Source: Silvibacterium sp. (GTDB lineage: Bacteria; Acidobacteriota; Terriglobia; Terriglobales; Acidobacteriaceae). From it: a DNA stretch of 64,000 bases. Of the stretch, positions 27,051 to 34,819 are shown piece by piece (the first letter of the stretch is position 1; each line of letters starts with the position of its first letter). The notes under the pieces were generated by a model. The model did no database searches. It was given only the letters and a program-made list of their open reading frames with translations, and had not been told where the DNA came from. Both the position numbers and the translations under genes were made by a program. The DNA lies in the NCBI GenBank assembly GCA_036273415.1, contig DASUHR010000001.1, forward strand, positions 167,496 through 231,495. Direction: 5' to 3'.

Positions 27051-27557
27051 ATGCCCGAACAGGTTCTGCTCGTCACCGCCATCGCCGAAGCGGAGAACTG
27101 CGCCGCCATCGTCTCCAAGCAATTCGGCCTCGCGGTCCAGACCGCTTCCAGCCGCAAAGAAGCCTTTACCGCGCTCCGCCGCAACACTTACGCCATCGTG
27201 GTGCTCGACAGCTCGCTGCTTGAGGTTGCGCAGGATGATTCCGACTCCCTGTTCAAGCACTCCGGACTCGCCATTCCGCTCGAAGTCAACTTTGCCATCT
27301 CCGGATGCGGCCGTCTCGTCCGCGAAATTCGCGCGGCCCTCGGTCGCCGGCAACTGGAGCAGGCGGTCGCCGCGCGCGCCGCAGCCACCACGCTCGAAAC
27401 CAGTCTGCGCGATACTGTCGCCGGACTCCTGCTGCAATCGCAGCTCGCGCTTGCCGAGCCCGCAATTCCGCCGCAACTTGCAGGCAAACTAAAGCTGATG
27501 GCCGAGCTGGCGGGGGACCTCCGGCAGAAACTCAATCAGCCTGGGGCCCCTCTATAA
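27051..27557 (+). CDS. Receiver-like protein with a degenerate acidic pocket plus a helical C-terminal region
   Basis: The layout is REC-like (VLLVTAIAE..., AIVVLDSSL) but the N-terminal DD pair is replaced. It lies 15 nt after the bEBP gene. Confidence 0.45.
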   Translation: MPEQVLLVTAIAEAENCAAIVSKQFGLAVQTASSRKEAFTALRRNTYAIVVLDSSLLEVAQDDSDSLFKHSGLAIPLEVNFAISGCGRLVREIRAALGRRQLEQAVAARAAATTLETSLRDTVAGLLLQSQLALAEPAIPPQLAGKLKLMAELAGDLRQKLNQPGAPL

Positions 27558-27566
27558 GCCTCTGCC

Positions 27567-28416
27567 TCATCGATTTTCAGCAGTCGAAAGCCACCAGCCA
27601 TTCCCAGAGAACCAGCAGCTTTCATCAGGCGGGGTTCCGCGCCGCAAGGACCGCACCTTATTGGAGTCTCCGCGCTCGAACGCCTCGGCCAGCCTCTGCC
27701 CCGTCTCAGCGTCACGCGCTCCGCTGCAGGGAACGAACATCGTTGGACAAAGAAAACGCGCGTTGAATTTATCCTCCGCAACGCGGGTTACCAGCAACAT
27801 GCCTCCCGCTCCCGGCGCACCTCCGGGGCCATTAGGAGTAAGCGGGAAGGCCAGTCGTCCCCGATGGGCGCAGGGCATCAAGCCAGATGTCTAACGGCGC
27901 TGTGGCTCCGGCATTCACGTAGACAACGTCGCATGAGGGCAGCGGGTCCGCCGCTCCTGAACGCGCAATCACCGTCACGTTTGGCAGAGCGCCCAGATTT
28001 TCGGCGGCCCTCTTAGCCAGACTTTCCTCGATCTCATAGGCAAAGATGGATCCCGACGTACCGGTAAGCTCGGCCAGTATTGCAGTGTAATAACCGGTGC
28101 CGGCGCCAATATGGACGACGACATTGCCTTCCTTTATATCCAGCGCGGCGAGGCAGAGCGCATGCAGCGCGGGTTGGCCGTTGTTGATTTTGCGCTTCTC
28201 ATCCAGAGAGAACAGAAGGTTCTGATACAGAAATGCTGGATCATCAGATGGAGTCTGTACAAATCCTCGTCCGGTGAATACTTTCCAGGGACCGGGTCCG
28301 AGATAATGCTCCCGGGGCACTTTCGCAAAGGCGGATGTAATTCTGGTGTCTGTTACTCCTGCGCTCATCGTGATCAGATCCGCGAAGAATCGTTGATGAG
28401 CTTCCAGTGTGGCCAC
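27567..28416 (-). pseudogene. Protein-L-isoaspartate O-methyltransferase (PCMT)-like gene split by a 1-nt frameshift
   Basis: The N-terminal ORF (27832-28416) has the SAM motif VVHIGAGTGYYT and ends ...LDALRPSGTTGLPAYS*. The second ORF continues in the +1 frame with GRLAFPLTPNGPGG...MLLVTR. Removing one G from GGGG (CCCC at 27859-27862 on the plus strand) restores one 282-aa frame. Confidence 0.7.
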
Positions 28417-28526
28417 TTCTCCTCCTATATATCCTGAAGAAATCTCTCCTCATTCATCACCGCAGCACAAAGTGACGGCTCATGCGGGGATACTACTCGT
28501 TCCGCATCTTCGTTAACATTGAACCC

Positions 28527-29219
28527 ATGTCCGCCGTCCGACCGCGCGCAGTCGTCAGCCTCTCCGGAGGTATGGACTCAGCCGTCTGCGCCGCGCTCGC
28601 CGCCCGTGATTACGACGCCTACGCACTCCATTTCAGCTATGGGCAGCGCACCGAGGCGCGCGAGCTTGATTCCGCTCGCGCCGTCGCCGAAACTCTCGGC
28701 TTCCGCGATTTTCTGCACCTTAATCTTGACCTCTTCCGCCGCATCGGAGGCTCCGCTCTCACTGACCCGCGCATCGCCGTCCCCAAAGCCTCCCAGCACG
28801 AGCCTATCGGCGAATCGGTTCCCCTCACCTACGTCCCCTTTCGCAATGCCCACTTCCTGTCCGCCGCCGTAAGCTGGGCGGAAGTGCTGGGCGCCCAGAC
28901 GATCTTTATCGGTGCGGTCGAGCAGGACAGCTCCGGGTACCCCGACTGCCGCCCCGTTTACTACCAGGCTTTTCAGCAGATCATTCGCACCGGGACACGC
29001 GAGGGAAGCATCGAAATTTCCACGCCGCTCATCCATCTCCGCAAGAAGGAAATTGTGGCGCTCGGCCTTGAACTGCGCGCGCCCTTCCATTTAACTTGGT
29101 CGTGCTATTCAGGTTCGGAGGCGGCCTGCGGTGAATGTGAAAGCTGTGTGCTCCGCCTGCGCGCGTTTCGCGAGGCGGGTACGCGCGATCCCATTCCCTA
29201 TGCACGCGCGATTTCCTGA
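28527..29219 (+). CDS. queC: 7-cyano-7-deazaguanine synthase
   Basis: VVSLSGGMDSAVCAA, FVPFRN, and the C-terminal Cys cluster SCY...CGECESCVLR. Confidence 0.9.
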   Translation: MSAVRPRAVVSLSGGMDSAVCAALAARDYDAYALHFSYGQRTEARELDSARAVAETLGFRDFLHLNLDLFRRIGGSALTDPRIAVPKASQHEPIGESVPLTYVPFRNAHFLSAAVSWAEVLGAQTIFIGAVEQDSSGYPDCRPVYYQAFQQIIRTGTREGSIEISTPLIHLRKKEIVALGLELRAPFHLTWSCYSGSEAACGECESCVLRLRAFREAGTRDPIPYARAIS

Positions 29220-29279
29220 CCGGGGACGACCTCAGCCGAAGGCGTCCGGGGAATAAGATTGTTGAAGGAGAGAAAAACC

Positions 29280-30356
29280 ATGCGTAAGACAAAACTCTGG
29301 CCGGCGTCGCTCTTAGCGGCCCTGCTCGTCATCGCCGCCGCACCATCGCTTTTCGCCCAGGAGACGGGCAAGATCCACGGTCATGTGCAGGACCCGCTCG
29401 GCATCGCAATCGTCGGCGCACAGGTTCAGCTGAGCTCGGACGGTGGCCAGACCGCCAAGTTCACTTTTACCACCGACGCAAATGGCGACTATAAGGGCGA
29501 TGGCGTAGCCGTGGGAACTTACACTGCGACCCTTGTAACCACCGACAAGAAGACCGCGGACCGCTTCAATGATGTAAAGATCACCGCCGGAGCCGACACA
29601 GCCCAGGACTTCGACCTCTCGCGCGCCGACTATATCGCAAAGATGACTCCCGAGCAAAAGAAGCAGCTTGAGGAAATTAAGGCGAAGAACGCCACCATCA
29701 ATAAAGAGAACGCAACCATCAAGAATTTGAATGCCGATCTGCTCCAGGCGCGCAAAAGCAACGACGCCAAGAATTACACCGACGCGGACGCCCTGATGAC
29801 CAAAGACCTTGCCGCGAAGCCCGACGAGGCGCTGCTGTGGGTCGAGTTGGGCAAGGCGCAGCAGGGCGAAAAGAAATACGACCAGGCCGCAACCTCGTTG
29901 AAGAAGGCCGTCGATCTCGACGCCGCTTCAAAGAAACCGCATCCCGACGTTGAAGCCGCCGCCGACAATACCCTTGGAGAGGTTCTGGCAAGTGAGAGCA
30001 AAATCCCCGAGTCCCAGGCCGCGTATGAGGACGCCGCCAAGCTGGACCCGAAGGGCGCCTCCATGTACTACGGCAACGAAGCGATCATGATGGACCGGGC
30101 CAACAATGTAGATGCAACCGTTGCTGCTGCCGAAAAAGCCATTGCAGCTGACCCGAACAAGCCGATTCCCTATTATCTGAAAGGAAAGGCGCTCATCAGT
30201 AAAGCCACGATGGACAAAGCGGGCAAGATTGTCGCACCACCGGGATGCGCCGAGGCTTATAAGAAATATCTCCAACTCGCCCCCAACGGGCAATTCGCAG
30301 CCGACGCCAAATCAATCCTGGCCGAGCTGTCGACGACTAAGGGTGGTAAGTCGTAG
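29280..30356 (+). CDS. Secreted protein with a carboxypeptidase-regulatory-like N-terminal domain and TPR-like repeats
   Basis: A signal peptide is followed by GKIHGHVQDPLGIAIVGAQVQL...DANGDY. The rest is Ala/Lys-rich helical repeats. Confidence 0.65.
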   Translation: MRKTKLWPASLLAALLVIAAAPSLFAQETGKIHGHVQDPLGIAIVGAQVQLSSDGGQTAKFTFTTDANGDYKGDGVAVGTYTATLVTTDKKTADRFNDVKITAGADTAQDFDLSRADYIAKMTPEQKKQLEEIKAKNATINKENATIKNLNADLLQARKSNDAKNYTDADALMTKDLAAKPDEALLWVELGKAQQGEKKYDQAATSLKKAVDLDAASKKPHPDVEAAADNTLGEVLASESKIPESQAAYEDAAKLDPKGASMYYGNEAIMMDRANNVDATVAAAEKAIAADPNKPIPYYLKGKALISKATMDKAGKIVAPPGCAEAYKKYLQLAPNGQFAADAKSILAELSTTKGGKS

Positions 30357-30377
30357 CTCCATCCCTTCCCACCTGAG

Positions 30378-30409
30378 AGGACGCTCCGTGTGAGCGTCCT
30401 TTCTCTTTC
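30378..30409 (+). terminator. Rho-independent terminator
   Basis: The stem is AGGACGCTC-cgtgt-GAGCGTCCT, followed by TTCTCTTTC. Confidence 0.6.
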
Positions 30410-30424
30410 GCATACAATTCGCCT

Positions 30425-31654
30425 GTGAACTCTGCCGCCGAAAATAATCGGGTGCTCGCCTATGAAGAGGCAGCGCGCACTGTGCGTCAACACGCAGCCG
30501 ACCTGCGCTCCTCCGGCGCCGAGGCCGTTCCTCTGCTTGACAGCCTCGATCGTGTTCTCGCACTTCCTGTCGTCGCCGACCGTGACCAGCCTCCGTTCGC
30601 CCGCTCCACGCGCGACGGATTCGCGTGCCGCTCCGCCGATCTTTCAGTGTCGCAGCCGCTCGCGATCGCCGGCCATCTGCGCGCGGGCGAGGCATGGGCC
30701 GGCCCCGCACTCCAGCCCCGACAGTGCATCGAAATCATGACCGGCGCGCCCGTTCCGCAAGGCGCAGACTGCGTGCTGATGGTCGAGCACGCCAGCGTGG
30801 AATCCGACCGCATCGCTCCATCGCGAAAACTCGATCCCGGCGACAACATCGTCCCTGCAGGAGCCGAAGCCCGCTCCGGTGAAATCCTCATCCAGCCCGG
30901 CACGCGCATTCGCCCGCAGCACATTGCGCTAGCCGCGGCCTGCGGGTATGAAAGCCTCTCCGTCTCTCATCGCCCGCGCGTCGCCATTCTGGCCACGGGA
31001 GACGAACTTGTCCCGCTCGGCCAGCAGCCAATGCCGCATCAGATTCGCAATTCCAACACCTACTCGCTCGCCGCACAGGTCACGCGCCACGGAGGCCATC
31101 CACTACTCCATCCCGTCGTGCCCGACAGCCTTGCAGCAAGCGGGGCAGCAATTCGCGCCGCGCTCCACTGCGACTTGCTGCTCCTCTCCGGTGGAGTCTC
31201 CATGGGCAAGTACGATTTTGTCGAGCAGGCGCTTGCAAATCTGAATGCAGACTTTTTCTTCACCGGAGCGCGCATCCAGCCCGGCAAGCCCGTCGTCTTC
31301 GGACGCCTGCCGAAAAACAATCTCTACTTCTTCGGTCTTCCCGGCAACCCTGTCTCCACGCTCGTGACCTTCACATTATTCGCTTCTCCGCTGCTGGCAG
31401 CGCTCGCAGGACAAACAGAGCTTGGCCCACATTTCGCGCAGGCAAGGCTCACGCAGACCGTCGAAGGCAGGCCCAATCTCACCCGCTTTCTGCCCGCTCA
31501 TGTCGAATCGAGCGCCGCCGGAGCAACCATCCGGCCCATACCCTGGCAAGGCTCCGGCGACCAGTCCGCCGCCGCAAAAACAGAAAGCTTCCTCGTCGTC
31601 CCCGAGTACACCACACTCAACTCTGGAGAGGCAGCAACCTTCGTCTATCTCTAG
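30425..31654 (+). CDS. moeA: Molybdopterin molybdotransferase
   Basis: The domain order and length match MoeA. Motifs: IMTGAPVP.GADCV, RVAILATGDEL, IRNSN, LLLSGGVSMGKYD and GLPGNPVS. It begins with GTG. Confidence 0.85.
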   Translation: MNSAAENNRVLAYEEAARTVRQHAADLRSSGAEAVPLLDSLDRVLALPVVADRDQPPFARSTRDGFACRSADLSVSQPLAIAGHLRAGEAWAGPALQPRQCIEIMTGAPVPQGADCVLMVEHASVESDRIAPSRKLDPGDNIVPAGAEARSGEILIQPGTRIRPQHIALAAACGYESLSVSHRPRVAILATGDELVPLGQQPMPHQIRNSNTYSLAAQVTRHGGHPLLHPVVPDSLAASGAAIRAALHCDLLLLSGGVSMGKYDFVEQALANLNADFFFTGARIQPGKPVVFGRLPKNNLYFFGLPGNPVSTLVTFTLFASPLLAALAGQTELGPHFAQARLTQTVEGRPNLTRFLPAHVESSAAGATIRPIPWQGSGDQSAAAKTESFLVVPEYTTLNSGEAATFVYL

Positions 31655-31688
31655 AGCACCCCCTCGTACCAGAGCACCCCCCTGTACC
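31653..31688. repeat. 2 x 18-bp tandem repeat in the moeA-moaC spacer
   Basis: The units are agagcaccccctcgtacc and agagcacccccctgtacc. Confidence 0.7.
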
Positions 31689-31718
31689 CTGTGCCCTTTC
31701 CCCTATACCCTTTCTTGT

Positions 31719-32192
31719 ATGCCTCTCTCGCACTACGACAGTGAAGGCCGCGTACGGATGGTCGACGTTAGCGATAAACCGCAAACGCGTCGCACCGCGG
31801 AAGCCGTCGCGTTCGTCGGCATGTCACCGGAGGTGCTGCAGGCGCTCCCGCAGAATCCAAAGGGCAATCCATTGGAGATCGCACGCTTCGCCGGAATCCA
31901 GGCCGCCAAACGAACCGCGGAGCTCATCCCCATGTGCCATCCGCTTCCGCTGACGCACGTTGACGTGACCACAAAAATTGTGAACGGTGGAATCGAAATT
32001 CTCGCAATGGCGGCAACCACTGGGCCCACAGGCGTCGAGATGGAAGCGCTCACCGCCGCCTCCATTGCCGCCCTCACGGTCTACGACATGTGCAAGGCGC
32101 TGGACAAGGGTATCGTGATCCGCGACATCCATCTCCGGGAAAAAACCGGAGGCAAAAGCGGAGATTATCTTCGAGCAACATCGAATCCCTGA
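31719..32192 (+). CDS. moaC: Cyclic pyranopterin monophosphate synthase MoaC
   Basis: MVDVSDKP.T.R.A, KGN.LE.ARFAGI.AAKRT.ELIPMCHPLPL, GVEMEALTAAS.AALTVYDMCKA. ATG 31719 was chosen; the longer ORF-track start overlaps moeA. Confidence 0.9.
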   Translation: MPLSHYDSEGRVRMVDVSDKPQTRRTAEAVAFVGMSPEVLQALPQNPKGNPLEIARFAGIQAAKRTAELIPMCHPLPLTHVDVTTKIVNGGIEILAMAATTGPTGVEMEALTAASIAALTVYDMCKALDKGIVIRDIHLREKTGGKSGDYLRATSNP

Positions 32193-32208
32193 TGGCCGGC
32201 AGCTAGGA

Positions 32209-33186
32209 CTAGCAACTAGTAGCTAAATAAACCCCAAACCATTCGCGCTCGTCAGTCCACGAATGCGTCACTCTGAAACCGGCCCGGCTCATGATTGACG
32301 CAATGCTATCCGCTGAAAACTTATAGCTGTTTTCCGTGTGAATCGTCTCGCCGCGCGCGAACCGCACCTGAAGCTCAAGAGCTGCGACCGTCACCTGCTG
32401 CGCGATCAGGCTCTCCAGATGCATTTCAATGCGAGACCGCTCCGCATTCCACCGTGCGCGATGCCGAAACAGCCGCGTATTGAAATTTCCTCCCAGCTCG
32501 CGATTGATGCGCACCAGCAAGTTCTTGTTGAAGTCCGCTGTAACTCCGGCCGCATCGTCATAGGCGCGCACCAGAGTCTCGCGCTCCTTCACATGGTCCG
32601 CGCCAATCAGCAGCAGGTCTCCTGGAGATAGGCTGCGCCGCACCTCGCGCAACACCTGGACCGCATCCGCAGCCTCAAAGTTTCCAATGCTCGACCCGAT
32701 ATACAAGACCATCCGACGCCGCCCAGCCGCTGGTGTTTCTCCGATGCCCTGCGTGTAATCGGCCACGCGCGAGCTCACGCGAACACCCGGAATATCCGAT
32801 TGAATGTGGTTGTTGGCCTCTGCCAGTGCGCTCTCTGAAACATCGATCGGCACATAATCGACAGTGCTCTGCCTGCGCACCGCCGCTCGCAACAATAACC
32901 CCGTCTTTGCCGCCGTGCCCGCTCCCAGTTCAATCATCGTCAGCGGACGATGACCGCCGGCTTCCAGAATCTCATCCGCATATCGCGCAAAGATGCCGCG
33001 CTCGGTGCGCGTCAGGTAATACTCCGGAAGGCGGGTGATCGCCTCGAACAGACGCGACCCGGCCTCGTCATAAAACAGCCAGGGTGCAAGCGTCTTCGGC
33101 CGCGCCGTGAGGCCGCGATAAACCTGCGAGCCTACTGGCGTGTATGCCGCCTCGGGCAAGGCAACAACTGGAGAGATTGTGTGCAT
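32209..33186 (-). CDS. egtD: L-histidine N-alpha-methyltransferase (ergothioneine pathway)
   Basis: PKTLAPWLFYDEAGSRLFEAITRLPEYYLTRTE, ELGAGTAAKT, the DYVPIDVS block and FLGSSIGNF-type motifs (YIGSSIGNF). Confidence 0.85.
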   Translation of the reverse strand: MHTISPVVALPEAAYTPVGSQVYRGLTARPKTLAPWLFYDEAGSRLFEAITRLPEYYLTRTERGIFARYADEILEAGGHRPLTMIELGAGTAAKTGLLLRAAVRRQSTVDYVPIDVSESALAEANNHIQSDIPGVRVSSRVADYTQGIGETPAAGRRRMVLYIGSSIGNFEAADAVQVLREVRRSLSPGDLLLIGADHVKERETLVRAYDDAAGVTADFNKNLLVRINRELGGNFNTRLFRHRARWNAERSRIEMHLESLIAQQVTVAALELQVRFARGETIHTENSYKFSADSIASIMSRAGFRVTHSWTDEREWFGVYLATSC

Positions 33187-33197
33187 GAGGGTCCCGT

Positions 33198-34463
33198 CTA
33201 CTCCTGACGTTTGGCCAGGCGCACACCGCTGAACTGCCAGCGCGACGCAGGCGGGAAAAAATTCCTATATGTGCTGCGAATGTGTGATGCCGGAGTCACC
33301 GCCGACCCACCCCGCAATACCATTTGATTGCTCATGAATTTACCGTTGTACTCGCCCAGCGCGCCGGGCAGCGACGCATAGCCCGGATAACCCAGGTACG
33401 CGCTCGCCGTCCACTCCCATGCGTCTCCAAACATTTGCTGCAATCCGCTCCCAGCCTGTGCTGCCATAGGATGCAAATTTCCCGACTCCAGCAAGTTGCC
33501 CTCGATCGGAACACCCTCAGCCGCAATCTCCCACTCAGCCTCGGTCGGCAAACGCGCCCCCATCCAGCGTGCAAAAGCATCCGCCTCGAAATAGCTCACA
33601 TGACAAACCGGAGCAGCCAGCATTGCCCGCAAGTCAACCGGCCCGCGCAGGGTAAATACCCGCCATTCGCCTTCAGACTCGAACCAGTACGGCGGAGCGT
33701 GCCACCCCTGCGTCTTCACCAGCTCCCATCCTTCCGACAGCCAAAGGTCCGCGCGCTCGTACCCGCCCCCACGCATAAAGTCGAGATACTCGGCACATGT
33801 CGCCATCCGCGACGCCAGCGCAAACGGCTCAAGATAGACCTTATGCCGCGGCTGCTCATTGTCGAAGCAGAAGCCTTCCCCGTCGTGGCCAATTTCCACT
33901 AGGCCACCCTCGTGCCTGATCCACGAAACAGGCTGCGCCGCGTCCGCCTCTGGCAACGCGCCTGCGCGATACACCGGATGCAGCGGATTTGACCAGAAGG
34001 CGTTCTTGATGTCGTAGGCCAGCAGCTCCTGATGCTGCTGCTCGTGGTGCAGCCCCAGCGTAATGCGGCGCTCCACCTCTCCCGCGACGCCGGCCCGTAT
34101 CCACCGCGCCATCGCTGCGTCAACATGGCTGCGGTATTCAAGAATCTCCTCAAGTGAGGGCCTCGAAAACGAAGCGCGCAGTTTTTTAACCGGCTGGTCG
34201 GAAACCGCGTTGTAGTAGCTGTTGAAGAGCCAGTGAAAATCTGGGTCAAAGGGCTTGTATCCGGGCAGGAATTCCGACAGCAGAAATGTCTCGAAGAACC
34301 ACGTCGTATGCGCCAGGTGCCACTTCGCCGGACTCGCTTCCTCGCATGATTGCACCATCATGTCTTCCGGAGTGAGCGGGTCGCAATGCGCCTCCGTCTG
34401 CCGCCGCACGCTGCAGAAGCGCTGCCCGAGTTCCGCGCCCTCGTCCAACACTGTCTTTCTCAA
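33198..34463 (-). CDS. egtB: Ergothioneine biosynthesis sulfoxide synthase EgtB (DinB_2 plus FGE-sulfatase domains)
   Basis: KWHLAHTTWFFETF, HHEQQHQELL, GDAWEWTAS.Y.GYPG, VLRGGS. It lies 11 nt upstream of egtD. Confidence 0.85.
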   Translation of the reverse strand: MRKTVLDEGAELGQRFCSVRRQTEAHCDPLTPEDMMVQSCEEASPAKWHLAHTTWFFETFLLSEFLPGYKPFDPDFHWLFNSYYNAVSDQPVKKLRASFSRPSLEEILEYRSHVDAAMARWIRAGVAGEVERRITLGLHHEQQHQELLAYDIKNAFWSNPLHPVYRAGALPEADAAQPVSWIRHEGGLVEIGHDGEGFCFDNEQPRHKVYLEPFALASRMATCAEYLDFMRGGGYERADLWLSEGWELVKTQGWHAPPYWFESEGEWRVFTLRGPVDLRAMLAAPVCHVSYFEADAFARWMGARLPTEAEWEIAAEGVPIEGNLLESGNLHPMAAQAGSGLQQMFGDAWEWTASAYLGYPGYASLPGALGEYNGKFMSNQMVLRGGSAVTPASHIRSTYRNFFPPASRWQFSGVRLAKRQE

Positions 34464-34636
34464 ACGTGACTCCTCCCTGCGTTAGAGACTCGTCCACCGC
34501 AGAAGCAGTGCAACGCGCCCAACGAGAAAACCAACCCTGGTTCTCTATCGGATGTACAAATGCTCCAATAAGTTACACAAATGGGATGAGAAATTTGCCG
34601 ACTGGCAGAAGCAGAGAACCACCTTGTCCCTCCACC

Positions 34637-34819
34637 TCACCTGCCATTTTCATTTGATTCTTCAGAACCCTGCGCGTCCGCCCGCCAGGGACAATTCCGG
34701 CACCCCGACTGGCAGCAATACCCGCGCTTCAGATGGTAAGCCGCGGTAAATACCATGAACGGCCCCTCCATCACGTAATCCTCGCCCTCAATGAGCGGCG
34801 GCGGATCAGGCAAGCGCAC
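34637..34819 (-). CDS. Small Cys-rich protein, DUF5522-like (60 aa)
   Basis: EGEDYVMEGPFMVFTAAYHLKRGYCCQSGCRNCPW. The family name is from memory and needs confirmation. Its start overlaps the lhr stop by 14 nt. Confidence 0.5.
   Translation of the reverse strand: MRLPDPPPLIEGEDYVMEGPFMVFTAAYHLKRGYCCQSGCRNCPWRADAQGSEESNENGR

Noticed and set aside
31422-31718. A 99-codon N-terminal extension of moaC offered by the ORF track.
   Set aside because: It overlaps the moeA 3' end in another frame and is Pro/Ser-rich with low complexity. MoaC homology starts at Met 31719.
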